Shown: piece after piece, positions 24,869-38,488 of the stretch
How positions within the stretch are numbered: position 1 is the stretch's first letter
Layout of the letters: the number at the start of each line of letters is the position of its first letter
From: Gekko japonicus
Taxonomy: Eukaryota
Assembly (NCBI RefSeq): GCF_001447785.1
Contig: NW_015161964.1
Coordinates: 227,944-291,943, forward strand
Reading direction: 5' to 3'
Length of the DNA stretch: 64,000 bases
The notes under the pieces: model-generated
Database searches by the model: none
What the model saw: only the letters and a program-made list of their open reading frames with translations
What the model was told of the DNA's origin: nothing
Program-made: the position numbers and the translations under genes

Positions 24869-26299
24869 ATCTTAGAAGATGATGCTGTTAAAGTGCTGCA
24901 CGCAATTTGCCAGCAAATTTGGAAAATGCAACAGTGGCCACAGGATTGGAAAGTGTCAGGATACATTCCAATCCCAAAGAAGGGCAATGCCAAGGAATGT
25001 TCAAACTATCGCACAATTGCACTCATATCACACGCTAGCAAGGTCATGCTCAAGATCCTACAAGCTAGGCTTCAACAGTACGTGGATAGAGAACTACCAG
25101 AAGTACAAGCTGGGTTTCGAAGAGGTAGAGGAACTAGAGATCAAATTGCCAACATTCGCTGGATTATGGAAAAAGCAAGAGAGTACCAGAAAAATATCTA
25201 CTTCTGCTTCATTGACTATGCTAAAGCTTTTGACTGTGTGGATCACAACAAACTATGGCAGGTCCTTAAAGAGATGGGAGTACCAGACCACCTCACATGT
25301 CTCTTGAGAAACCTGTATAAGGGCCAAGAAGCAACAGTTAGAACCGGATATGGAACAACTGATTGGTTCAGCATAGGAAAAGGAGTACGACAAGGATGTA
25401 TATTGTCGCCTTGCTTATTTAATATATATGCAGAGTACATCATGCGAAATGCTGGCCTGGATGAATCACAAGCGGGAATTAAGATTGCTGGGGAAAAGAT
25501 CAACAACCTCAGATATGCAGACGATACCACTCTAATGGCAGAAAGTGAAGAGGACCTAAAGAGCCTCTTGCTCAGGGTAAAAGAGGAGAGCGCAAAAGTG
25601 GGCTTGAAGCTCAACATCAAAAAAACTAAGATCATGGCATCCGGCCCCATCACTCCTTGGCAAATAGAAGGGGAAGCTGTGGAAGTAGTGACAGACTTCA
25701 CGTTCCTGGGATCCCAGATCACCGCAGACTGTGACTGCAGCCATGAAATTAAAAGACGCCTGCTCCTTGGGAGGAAAGCGATGGCGAACCTAAACAGCAT
25801 GATAAAAAGTAGAGACATCACCCTGCCAACAAAAGTCCGCATGGTCAAAGCAATGGTATTCCCAGTAGTCATGTATGGCTGCGAGAGTTGGACTATAAGG
25901 AAGGCCGAGCGCCGAAGAATAGATTCTTTTGAACTATGGTGCTGGAGAAGACTCTTGAGAGTCCCTTGGACTGCAAGAAGAACAAATCAGTCAATCCTCA
26001 AAGAAATCAACCCTGACTGTTCCCTGGAAGGCCAGATAATGAAACTGAAGCTCAAATACTTTGGCCACCAAATGAGAAGGGAGCAATCACTGGAGAAGAC
26101 CCTGATGCTGGGAAAGATTGAAGGTCAAAGAAGACGGGGACGGCAAAGGATGAGATGGTTAGACAGTGTCATAGATGCAACGAACATGAAATTGAGCAAA
26201 CTTCAGAGGACGGTGGAAGACCGGAAGGCCTGGCGGGATCTGGTCCATGGGGTCGCGAAGAGTCAGACTCGACTGTGCGACTGAACAACAACAACAAAA
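24869..26299 (+). mobile_element. 5'-truncated RTE-BovB LINE with uninterrupted RT frame
   Basis: Frame open 24869-26284: IPIPKKGNAKECSNYRTIALISHASK, FIDYAKAFD, GVRQGCILSP, NLRYADDT, ...VHGVAKSQTRLCD*; (CAA)n tail; TSD ATTAGCAT. Confidence 0.97.
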
Positions 26300-29252
26300 A
26301 TTAGCATTTGTATGAAGGTGGGCTGTAATGTCTGGAAAGCAATTGAACTGACTTCCCCTCTTCCTGCCTATTCTTTACCCAATGAGGGGGGAAAAACTTT
26401 TAAAACTCAAAGTGAAGGTTTTGCTCATTTCAAACATCCAACGAAAAAATGCATTTCTTCAGTGACTATATGTATTTTCTCTCCGATTAAGCAGAAATTC
26501 CTATATGTATCCACCAGGACAAGCTGTCATACTGCCCACAGACTAGGAGGGTTCAAAAGACAAGATGAAAGAAATCCTTAGTCAGATATTCCAGTGTCTT
26601 CAATTTACTATAAAGGCAGTGGTGAGAGCTTGATTTAGACAGGGGCTAAAGTTTAACCCTTTCCCTCTACCAGTTCTTCAAGAGAAATCAGCACCCACAA
26701 GCAGCTGTTAGAGTAAGAGGGTAAAAGAGTTGCCTTTTCCCCATAATAGGCAAATAGACACTCAGAGAAAGAAGAGATATCTATCCGAGAAATGATGGGA
26801 GAAGGGGAAGTTAAAATCCCCTCCCTGTAACACTACAGTCCTAATTTAGATCAGGTCTCCCATGACAGCATTTAAAGAAAATGAAAGCTGTCTAGTGAAA
26901 CAAGCACGGATATACCCAGCATTGGCTAGTTATTTTCTTAAGACTATCATTTCTAGCTTGGCTTGCTCTTTACCACTCAGTCCTGTCCCTTCCCGTCCTT
27001 TACCTGTTCTCCTTGTAAGGCAATTTCTAAATTGTGTCCCAACACTTCAGAGACAACCATTACTGTAATATTATTAGTATTATATCTAGCATATTTGAAC
27101 ATACCCTTCCCATTCATGAGTGAATTTTGTGATTTTACCATTCTTTTACTCTGTTACTAGATTATAATTTTTTTTCTGATTTAGCTCCCAAGATCTCTCT
27201 TATTCCTATTATGGTATTCCCATTGCCTGCTCTATCTGAAATGATGTCAAAAGGATTGTGAAGATTCCTCTGTAGTTTAAGGACCAGAGAGTGCAAGAGA
27301 GTGCAAAGGGACAGCCCCCCACATGAAGAATGTAGAAATGTATCCATTAAACCTGGTTAGATTCTGTAAATCTCCTTATAGGATTCTTTCTTTACAGGAA
27401 ATCTTTCCATTACTGATGAAAACCTCCAGCCCGTCATTTTAATTCCTCTTCTTATATTGCTCAAAACTTTCTGTAGTAATTTATGATCGGATGGCAATTT
27501 TAGCAAGATATTCCTATGATATAATGCTTCTCATTTGAAAGTGTCTGTTAAGCAGAAAACAGTGACAGAAACAATTATACCAGAAAACTCTAAACCTAAG
27601 CCCCCTTTTCTCATGCAAGTCTCCACTGAATCCAGCATGGACATTCATACACATAACACTAGGGAAATTTTTAAATACCTTGTTCAACTAGGGCCTAAGG
27701 GAGGGTTCCAATGAATAAATGAAATGTGGATTAGACAACTGACTGCTCCCAGACATGGTCACAATATTAACATCCAACAAAACCAGAAGATTATTTTAAA
27801 ACTCCAGGCAACATTCTGCACCAGTCACTTCTGTGAATGCAAGGGGCTGTGAGCCTCTCTGATACCAGTGGGGGCATAAATGTACTCCTCTGTGCTTATT
27901 TCAGATAGCGCAGATAGGCTTTATCCAAGGTCACTCTAAGAATTCATGCTGGCACCCTGCATTTACTGCTTAGAGGCACAATCGCGTCAATTTCCTATTC
28001 TTATAGAACAGGCACATTAACTATTTGTGAAAAGATCCTTGTATCAGCTTTAAAGGGGAAAAAAAGAAATAGTTATTGAAAATATCCCAGCTAATAATTT
28101 CATTCTGACACCTGAGTTTAAAAGGTTAAGTTACTATCTGAGGAAAGGTAATCTGGCTGCCTTTCACAGCAGCCTGCAAACTCGGCAATCTGCATAGAGA
28201 GGGGTATTTGTCATCATTAGCTGAGCTGTGACAGCTGGTACCCAGGGTGTCCCAGATTCAAGAAGTGGCAAAGGTACTCTCTTCCTTTAACTCGCCATTA
28301 GGTGTAGTATGTTTCATAAGCAACAAGATATTTTGCAATACAGCATGAGGCCACAGCTCTTGAATGCATCTACATTTTCTGCAGTATGAAAACACCCTAA
28401 TGCTGCGTAAATAGCATTTGCCTTTAGGCCACAACCAGAGCTGGCTTCTGATAAATAACTGGACCTTCTTTCATGAGGAAGGCAGTATATGCTGATTTGC
28501 AGAATAGTTTAAAGCTAAATTGTGACTAAATGCCAATTTTTCGTAGTATGCTTTGAAACCAGTAATTATCACTTATTTAAAAGGAATGTATTATATATTG
28601 GGTGGGGAAAAGTCATTTTCACTGTCATTCTAATTGATAATTATAGTTATTACAGAAAGCTTCAGGCATATCACATTGGTAACATCCTTAGAAAGTTAAA
28701 ATATATCCTTTATGTCTATTTAACAAGCAACAATAAACTTATTTGTGGTTTTCTATTTAAACATGTATGTTCGAATATACAGATAAAATTTATTACACCT
28801 TTTTTCAAAACAAATTTAAATAGGTACAAGAAACAGAAACCCAGTTTCTATTTTAGAAGTCTAATTTCCTAGAAAAAGTCTGGAACTCAAAAAATTATAA
28901 TGCTCTCAGAAACATTTTCTTTTAAAAAGAAAAAATGTATACAAGGGGAAAAAACCCAAAAGGTCATTGGATGATGCAAAACAACAACAACAACAAAAGC
29001 CCTCCAGATTTGTTTGATGTACCAGTATCTACTGTTTCCCCCTGTAGATTTATAAACATAATTCATAATACCACACTTTGCATTATTATGTAAACTACTT
29101 TTCCACAAATAAAACTAATTTTTCTGTTAATGTAAAATCTATGCAAATGCATGCAGTCATTTATCAGGAAAGCTGACAAGCATTCCATATTGGAAAGGGA
29201 AAATGAAACTGCCTCAAGAATAGAGGCAATTAATTATTTCTGTATTTTCTCT

Positions 29253-29385
29253 NNNNNNNNNNNNNNNNNNNNNNNNNNNNNNNNNNNNNNNNNNNNNNNN
29301 NNNNNNNNNNNNNNNNNNNNNNNNNNNNNNNNNNNNNNNNNNNNNNNNNNNNNNNNNNNNNNNNNNNNNNNNNNNNNNNNNNNNN
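29253..29385. other. Assembly gap
   Basis: N run. Confidence 1.
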
Positions 29386-32274
29386 GGCTAAATTGTATAC
29401 TGGCAGATGGACACAGGGGAAAACTGTGCTAATGCGGTGGGGGTGAGCAAAACAAATGAAGAACTGGATTTGTTAGAAAAAGACTCCCCACCTCAATGAG
29501 ATACACCATTTGCCCATACAGTGCAGATTAAGTCACTGATAAATTTATTATTACAAATATTCTACACAAATGCTCCATAAATACAACTATTTTAAAAAAT
29601 CTTGTGCAAAATAATTAAAAAGTACAGATGCATAGGCCAACTGTGAAAAAGCTATGAAGATATAATAATGGTTTTGCCAAAACAAATTACTTACGCAGTT
29701 TTATTCTCACTGTTAAGCAATAATACTGCAGATAATGAACATCTTTAATGAGTTACATGGAGCTGACTGTGTCCTACGTATGTTCTGTTATTTTAACTTA
29801 GTAAGGGGCAACTCACTTGAGGTGCAGCTGAAAATGGCAAACACCAAGCCACAATCTAGCAAATATGATACTGCTTACATATACTTCCTACTGCCAATGT
29901 GAAGTCTATATTTATTAACTGTTTCGTTTTACAGGATTATTAAAAAAACATGTAGGGGCCTAAGTTAGCCTTTGAAATCTTGAGGAATGATTTCAGCAGA
30001 AAGAAAGCATGCATGGTAGAATATTTAGAGAAAGTTGTTCAGTTTCATTTAGCTAGTTTTAAGTTTTGTGCTAAAAGGCTTGTAATGTGCACAACATTGC
30101 CTTGAAATTACCCTTGCACTTACAAAGAAAATTTCAAGTAAATCATACATTCAATTCACCATTTTAACGTCTGCTGAAAAAGAATCCACCGTTTTAAACT
30201 CTGCTGAAAAAGAATTCAGAAAATACACTGTTAAAATCTCTTCAAAAATACTTTAGTGGCACTACGTTGCATTCTTAAATACTACATATTTATGTTTTTG
30301 CTTTAACTCCATAACCTAATTATGGATACACATAATTATGGATAATTATGGATATACATCCTTTCCAACAAAGGGCAAAAATATTTGTCACAAAACACAA
30401 TCATAAACAAAGACAATTGCTGTAAAATGAACAAAAATACTCTTTGGGAGCAAGATTTTAATAGATTCTATTGTCAGATGTAATGCATCACTCGTACCAG
30501 TTTTTCATTTTCCAAAGAAGAGTCTGAAACCTTGTTCAATTTTTTACTGAAAACTTAAACCTCCCACTTGAGTCCCATACATACAAGGCTTCCTTAATGA
30601 GCCAACATATGGTTGGATCCAGCAATGTTGCTGGAACCCACCAGGCTTGGACCTGAACAGATTTCCAATGTATACTGCCTTGGGCTTCTTAATGGAAGAA
30701 AGGCGGGATATGAATAAAATTAATAAACTGAAGTATGCCTGACTTTCTAATGGAATTATGATGGTCTCATCACAACTCTTGTGACCTCCACTGAAAGCCA
30801 TCTCATACTTCACCTCCAAATTTGCTTCCCAGTTTCCCTTTGGACTTCCTATTCTCTTCAAAGGGAGCAGAATGTTTGAAAGGTGTACAAACATTTCCTA
30901 CTACAAGTGCCAAGAAGTTTTCGCTCATGGCAGAAGTCACTATTGGAGACAGTAGAATTATGAGCCAGATTCATGACAGGTATGTTCATATTCAAAACTT
31001 AATAGAAAGTGTGATTTCTGAATTTGAAACATACTCCTATGGGTATTTACTACGGATGTGCTGCAGTGTTAAAGTCCTCTGCACAACACAGACCTGGTTC
31101 TAGTATTCCTGCTCACTTGTTCTTGCAGAATTTTTATGTGCACTATTTGAAAATACTGAGTTAGATCCAATCAGCTTTTCTGCTGGTATGAAAGTGAGGG
31201 GCTCCTCTGGGCCCCTGAAAATTTTATGCCAGGGATTGTGGGACCCACATGGGCAAAAGCACATAGGATACAGCTATAGTAAGGAGGGGAATTGCACCTC
31301 TTTCCTCTGTTATTTCAGTTGAGAGTTCTAGCATACTACCCCCCTATATAAAAGAGAATAAAACTCCAATTACAGAGGATGCCTGATTAACTCAACTGTT
31401 ATCCATCCCAGATGAGATAACCTATAATATAATGTGTTTTTGTCTGTGTGAGAGAAATCTGCAAATATATTGGTCTATTTTTACAATACTAAGGGAGCAA
31501 ACATAACCAGGCCTTCTCAGCGGTAAGCCATATGCTTTCCAATGGGCCTTAGTCCTAGGAAAGTGTCCTTAAAACTGTTGCCTAAAGTGAATTTGAGTAT
31601 CTGCCACAACAAAGCTTCAGACAATCCCCTTGTGCTAAAACAACAACAACCCCACAACACATTACAGAAAAGTGTGAGGTAGTGGTATGGTCACCACCAC
31701 AACATTCCATGTAGCTATCTCCAATGAGGTGATACCTTAAAATTTACTTTTTGGGGGGAACTAGCTATTCAAACTTTTCCTTGTGGGAGTGTATGGTATC
31801 ATAACTCCTGTGGATATGAGGGGAGGGGCTTATTAGGGAGTTTTATGTTTTAAATGTTAATGTTTTTAACAGTGGTTTTTAAAACATCTTGAGTCATGAG
31901 AAAAGGCAGGATATAAATATTTTAATATATAAGTAAGACCTAAATCTGTATTATTTGTTTACATGTATGAAATTACATTCTTATATTTTTATGTAAAATG
32001 TGACATACTCAGTACAGAGGATCTACAATGCAATACTTAACAAAGGATCTGAAGTCTTTTGAAACCATTAATAACGTCAATGGACTTTGAAGGATCTAAC
32101 TTCAATTAGGATGCAAGTGTACATGAAGAGCACACAAATGGCCGGAAGGTTTAAAAAATGGGAAATCATATCTAGCTATATTTTAAACAAAATATGTCAG
32201 AGGTAGCAAAAGGATGGAACTCTCTGAGAACAGACTATAACAGTTGGTCAAATATTCTTTTCAAATGGCAATAG

Positions 32275-32624
32275 TAAAGGTAAAGGTTTCCCTTGCTTGA
32301 AAGCCAGTCGAATCCGACTCCAGGGTTGTGGTGCTCATCTCCGTTTCAAAGCCGAAGAGCCAGCACTGTCCAAAGACATTTCCATGGTCATGTGGCCGGC
32401 ATGACTAAACACTGAAGCGCATGGAACGCTGTTACTTTCCCACTGAAGTGGTACCTAGTTATCTACTTGCAATTTCTTGCTTTCAAAGTGCTAGGTTGAC
32501 AGGAGCTGGAACCAGAGACAAGAGCTCACTCCGTCATACGGCACTTGGGTCTTGAACTGGTGAACTACCGACCTTCCAGCCTGCAGTTCAGCGTCTTAAC
32601 TATTTGAGCCACTGCAGCTCCTGC
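32275..32624 (-). mobile_element. Sauria-type SINE
   Basis: Reverse complement of 4225-4580; 13-bp TSD CAAATGGCAATAG (32262-32274, 32625-32637). Confidence 0.92.
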
Positions 32625-33629
32625 CAAATGGCAATAGGAATACCTTATTTAGAAAACATAATATGTCTGAAACAGGGATAGAGAAACTATTTTTAGTATA
32701 TGGACTAATTATTATTGATTAGTTATATTCTCTCTGTTTTCAGCCAACAAATCCATGGAACCAACAGGAATCAAAATCTAACAAAAATTACACATACAGT
32801 TTAGTACAGTTCCTTGGGGAGGGGACTCTCAGCTTAGCTGAATACCAGCATGGATGATGGGAGCCTGGTTGTTGCCTCCATTCCTTCTGTCACTGATTTC
32901 AGCTGGAAGCTGAAGAGAAGGGGGCTCTCAAATGGGACCAAATATAGTTATGATAGATGCCCAGCTGCTCCCCTTGACAGTTCTAAATTGTCCACCATAC
33001 TGACTTGAAATATCAATATTGATTATATTGGTTTGCGATCATTTTGCCTATGATGTAGAATCATTAATGGCAGGGAGGAGAAAAGAAGACTGTCCAAGAA
33101 ATTGGGTGTTACATTATCTATTACTAATAGTACAGCTAAACATGCATTTGGCCCCAGTATCATAATAGGTGGGGTCCAGAACACAGTAATGATAGCGTCC
33201 CTGGTCCAGAAAGTTTAGGTATATAAAACAGGAACAACCTGGATCAAACACAAATCCATCTAGATCAGTACTGTTTCCCCCTGTGGTTAGCTAAATGATC
33301 CAGCAAGCTCACAAGCATTCTGTGTCCATTGGTTTGAATCCTGCCTGGATTTTCATATGTGCAAGGTATAGGTGTCATAACTAATAGCTATTAATAGACC
33401 ACAAATTTGCCTAAACTTTCTTCATGCTAACAGATAACACAATGCTACAGCAATTAACTGTTCAAGATTATTCTGGGTTTGCTGTTTGCCGAGTATCTTT
33501 TGCCAAACAAGTAAATTGGATGACCTCTAGTTTTAGTGCTTTGAAAGGAAAATAGTTTGAACTGTTCCCTTTTCCATAACATACGGTATATATTTTACTC
33601 TACCCCTCTAGTTAATTGTCTTTAACAAA

Positions 33630-35156
33630 TCCAGCTATTTAATTTATTCATAAATGAGCTGAATTGGCCAACTATTGGCCGGTGTCTAATTTGCCCTATT
33701 TGGGCAAATTGATTGAGAGGCTGGTAGCGACACAGCTTCAGAGTTTTCTGGATGACGCTTCTATCCTTGATCCACTCCAGTCCGGCTTTCGCCCGGGCTA
33801 TGGGACGGAGACGGCACTGGTTGCCCTTACGGTCGACCTCCGGAGGCATCTGGATCGAGGTGGTGTGGCGGCACTGCTGTTGTTAGATCTGTTGGCCGCG
33901 TTTGACACAGTCGACTACCAGTTGCTGACCCACCGTCTCGTGGGGATACAAGGGCTCGCTTTTCAATGGCTTGCCTCTTTTCTCCAAGGTTGGGGACAGA
34001 GGGTGGCGATAGGGGAACAGCAGTCCTGGAGGCACCCACTTGAGTGTGGTGTGCCTCAGGGGGCGGTGCTCTCCCCGATGTTGTTTAACATCTACATGCG
34101 CCCCCTCACCCAGATTGCCAGGAGGTATGGGCTGGGTTGTCATCATTATGCAGATGATACCCAGCCACTATCACTACCACCACCATCAATGGTGGAGATA
34201 ACAACGGGGTTAGGGGCGGTCCCCAGAAGATCTGCCACATTCTTGCATGGCACTGATACCGCTGGACTGGCCTCGGACCATCGACAGCACAATATCACCC
34301 CAATGAAATTACTGATACCATCTTCGGGTACCATCTTGTTTTTGTTGTTATTTAATGGTTTTACTGATTTATCCTGTTTTTATGTACGGGCTTGTGCCCT
34401 CGTGTAAGCCGCCCTGAGCCCACTTGCGGGGAGGGCAGGGTAAAAATGTTAACAATAAATAAATAAATAAAAACTAGAGGTGAGTAGCAAGTTTGCAGAT
34501 GACCCCAAATTATTCAGGAAGGTGAAAACCAAGGCTGACTGTGAAGAGCTCCAAGAGGACCTCCACAAACTGGGCGAGTGGGCGACAATATGGCAAATGA
34601 AGTTCAGTGTTGGTAACTGTAAAGTGATGCACATAGAGACAAAAAAATCCCAATTTCAAGTATAGGCTAATTGGGTCTGAACTTGCTGAGAAAAAGATCT
34701 TGGGGTTGTAATGGGTAGCTCAATGAAAGTGTCAACCCAGTGTGCTGCAGCAGTGAAAAAGGCAAACTCTGTTTTAGGGATTATTGGGAAAGGGATTGAG
34801 AAAAAAGTGACCAATATTTAATGCCCCTGTATAGATCTATGGTGCAGCCTCATTTGAAATACTGTGTACAGTTCTGGTCACCGTCTCTCAAAAAGGACAT
34901 TGCAGACCTGGAAAAAGTACAGAGGAGGGCAACCAAGATGATGAGGGGGTTGGAGCACCTTCTCTATGAGGAAAGGCTGAGGAGTCTGGGACTTTTCAGT
35001 TTAGAGAAGAGACAACTAAGGGGGGGGCATGGATAGAGGTTTATAAAATTATGCATGGGGTGGAGAGAGTTGACAAAGAGAACTTTTTCTCCCTCTCCCA
35101 AAATACTAGAACTCAAGGGCATCCAATGAAGCTGATGGGCAGTAGGTTCAGGACGG
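33630..35156 (+). mobile_element. Decayed CR1 ORF2 fragment interrupted by an L2
   Basis: LFNLFINEL (33635-33661) resumes after the L2 as VSSKFADDPKLFRKVKT... and [14 protein letters not shown]. Confidence 0.85.
33665..34472 (+). mobile_element. L2 LINE fragment (RT core joined to 3' UTR by internal deletion)
   Basis: NYWPVSNLPYLGK, QSGFRPGYGTETAL, GVPQGAVLSPMLFNIY, YADDTQ, then an abrupt switch at about 34165 to the L2 3' UTR and (TAAA)n tail. Confidence 0.9.
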
Positions 35157-35570
35157 ATCCAGCAGAGCTCTACTTAAGTTCTTATGTTCAGCTTCTAAAA
35201 TGAGGACTGTTTCATTCTTGTGATCATTTTCAACTGTATTTTCCTGTATTTTCACCAGATCAACTACCCTTAAAAAAAAAAAAAAGATGAGATAATCAGA
35301 ACTGTACAGTTTCTTAGGGAACTTTTATGAGCAGTTTTGTCAAAGGGCTCTAGAAAAACTAAACACAGTGTCCACCAGATCTTGTCTGCGTATATTAGCA
35401 TTAAGCACATCCATCAAAGAATTCTAGGGCTTCCTGTATCTCACAGCTTCTTTGGTGGCGAAGAAGAAACCTCTGTTATGTTTGTCACATTTTAACCTAG
35501 GAATGGTCCTGTGCCATTCTTTGAACACGCACAGTGTGAAGCAGCAAACTGCACACTGTTCCTACTACAA

Positions 35571-35750
35571 GAACAGTCTGCCTCAGGAGGTGGTGGATGC
35601 TCCTTCGCTGGACGTTTTCAAGCGGAGGCTGGATGACCATCTTTCGGGTATGTTGTAGGTATCTTTCAGTATACTCCTGCAGAGTGCAGGGGGTTGGACT
35701 AGATGACCTGCAAGGTCCCTTACAACTCTAACATTCTATGATTCTATGAT
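35571..35750 (+). mobile_element. CR1 3' end (second subfamily)
   Basis: NSLPQEVVDAPSLDVFKRRLDDHL; GGGTTGGACTAGATGACC...(ATTCTATG)n. Confidence 0.9.
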
Positions 35751-36772
35751 TTGGGAAGAGCTCCAGTTTGTTCCATTAAATAGCAGGACAAAAATTTACA
35801 CTTTAATAGTTACGAATTTCACATCTGAGCTCATTGAGCTCTTGGAGGAATCACTTTAACCTGACAATTAATTTTAAAATATTTACCCTTTGCAACTTTT
35901 CACAAAAGTTCTGATTACAACCATACAGGCATGGTTGAAGAGAGATACCCGTTCAAATTTGCTGCAGTAAATGTTAACAGCGTAACGTATGGCAATTTTT
36001 AAAGATTATCTACAGTAAAAGGAAAATTTGGGACAGGACTAAAGAAAACACAGAGGGGGGAAAAAAGGGGTGAGAGGAAAATAGGTCATAATATACCACA
36101 AAAGAGACAGTGGGTTTTACCCAGCTCAGAAGAGCAAAGAAAGGAGAAGTTAATATCATGGTAACTCAACAATTAGTATATAGAACATTCATTAGTATGT
36201 AGAACATTCAAGCACCAATGAAATTTAGCAATGGCTTCCATATTTTGTGAACTGTTCCTGTGCAGGACTAGGGGGGGAAAATAAAATCCTAGGACCTGGC
36301 TTCAGATTTTTAGCAGTCATAATCAAATACTAGATCATGACCTACCTTAACCAATATTTCATCTTCCTAGAGCTATCAAAGTTCTTGATATCTAGGCAAC
36401 CATACATCTGAGAGGCTTTGTGAACCTACGCTTCATGGAGTTAAGAAAAAAGAAAAACCATACATACTTTAATTATAGATGCAGATATAAATGTTGAGTA
36501 TTGAGCACCAGGATGATCAAAAATAGCTTATTCTGCTTTTAAGTGGCATCTGGAATCTTTATTATATTTTAAAAACATGTTTATACTTCTGCTGCAGAAA
36601 ATACATTTGACAATAGTGCTACAGAACATGCTTTTGAGTTCCTTTCTCAAAATAGCTACTGCAGTTAGCCATTAAGAACAGAGACAGAGAGACATCATGT
36701 AGGATAGAGTGGGAATAAAGCATAATAGATCTTGAAAAATCTGATATTTTCTATCTACTTGGTAGCACTAGA

Positions 36773-36883
36773 ATTATATTATATTATATTATATTATATT
36801 ATATTATATTATATTATATTATATTATATTATATTATATTNNNNNNNNNNNNNNNNNNNNNNNNNNNTATATTATATTATATT
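36773..36883. repeat. (ATATT)n microsatellite spanning an assembly gap (N 36841-36867)
   Basis: Perfect pentamer run on both sides of the Ns. Confidence 0.95.
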
Positions 36884-37044
36884 TTGGTTTATTTTAGAAA
36901 ATACACATTGCAGTACAAGGCTACTTTTCCCCTTCACAATCTTGATATTGAGGTACTGCTTATTAAATTTATCGCTGGCAGCAATGAAGCTTTGAATTTG
37001 AAAAAAAAGAAGAGGCATTAATAAAAGAAGAGACATTAATAAAA

Positions 37045-37272
37045 TAGAATCATAGAATCACAGAGTTGGAAGGGGCCATCCAGGCCATCAAGTCCAACCT
37101 CCCTGCTCAATGCAGAATCAGCCTAGAGCGTCCCTGACAAGTGTTTGTCCAGCTGCTGCTTAAAGACTGCCGGTGAGGGGGAGCTTACCACCTATCTACT
37201 CAGCTGATTCCACTGTTGCACAACTCTTACTGTAAAAAAATTTTCTTCTAATATCCAGCCGGTACCTTCCTG
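37045..37272 (-). mobile_element. CR1 3' end
   Basis: (CATAGAAT)n start, GTCCAACC, ...TTCCACTGTTGCACAACTCT. Confidence 0.85.
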
Positions 37273-37769
37273 ACCTTACAGAGAGCCATGAACACCCACC
37301 AGAAAAACACATGACCATCCCACCAAACATATACCTACTGCAGATACAACTATTAATATAAATATATCATCATAACTTTTTAAATTAACATAGTAACTCT
37401 GGGCCTGTAGGACTGTCTCTCCCCATCATTGTTAAACCGCAGCCAGCCCTTGTGTACATGGGAAGGGAAAGGGCCTTACTGCTGTCTCCTCAGTACAGAG
37501 TCAGATTGCCAAGGTGCCCAGAGGAGAGCAAGCTGCCTGTGGACAAAGGAGAATAAAACCACCACCATTGCCCCACTGAGGCCAGCTGGCTCTTTTCCTA
37601 GTGACTGCCTGGGTGCTGGGAGGAGAGTGCAGAAACTGTGGAGAAGGGTGGAGGGTTACTGCAGTGCATGGGCCTTTTACCTCCATCCCTGGCATGAGGC
37701 CCAGCTGAGGGAGACTCACAGTTTACCCATCCTCCAGTCCCTTCAGTAACAGCTATTTCAAGAAGGGAA

Positions 37770-37908
37770 TAGGGCTGCCAAGCCGCAGCGCGGGATCCGT
37801 GCGTCTTCACAGGATCCCTGCCGCGGGGAACAGCGATACGCGTTGCACCGCCGTCGCCAGGATGTGATGCTACGCGTCGCTCTGGCAACGGGGCTGTTTG
37901 GAGCTCTA
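37770..37908. mobile_element. 139-bp CpG-rich hAT-type MITE
   Basis: Termini TAGGGCTGCCAA / TTGGAGCTCTA; perfect 8-bp TSD GAAGGGAA (37762-37769, 37909-37916). Confidence 0.75.
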
Positions 37909-38006
37909 GAAGGGAACCACCTGCTGACCACAAGCCCTATCACACAATAACCTTGCCCACTTTCCTGAAATATGGGGAAGGTACCACATTGTGTGATAGT
38001 GCTTAC

Positions 38007-38488
38007 AATCATGGAATAGAATCTTAGAGTTCAAAGGGACCTCTAGGACCATCGAGTTCCACTCAGTGCACAATGCAGGAAATTCACAGCTACCTCCCCC
38101 CACATACCCCCAGTGACCCCTGCTCCATGCCTAGAAGATGGCCAAAAAAAAAAAAGCCTCTACAGGATCCCTGGCCAAACTGGCCTGGAGAAAATTGCTT
38201 CCTGACCCCAAAGTGGCGATCAGCGTTTCCCTGGGTGTGTAAGGAAGGGCCATGAGAACTAAGCATTGATGCTACCCTGCCTGTCCTCCCTCTCATGATC
38301 TGCCCCAGTTCACAGAATCAGCATTGCTGTCAGATGGCCATCTAGCCTCTGCTTAAAAACCTCCCACCACCTCCAGAGGAAACCTGTTCTACCGAGGAAC
38401 TGCTCTAACTATCAGGAAGTTCCTCCTAACGTTTAGCTGAAAACTCTTTTGATTTAATTTCACCCCATTGGTTCTGGTCTGACCTTCT
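38007..38488 (-). mobile_element. CR1 3' end with long 3' UTR
   Basis: AGAATCTTAGAGTTCAAAGGGACCTCTAGG tail end; distal part encodes RRNFLIVRAV..NRFPLEVV..FKQRLD on the minus strand. Confidence 0.8.
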
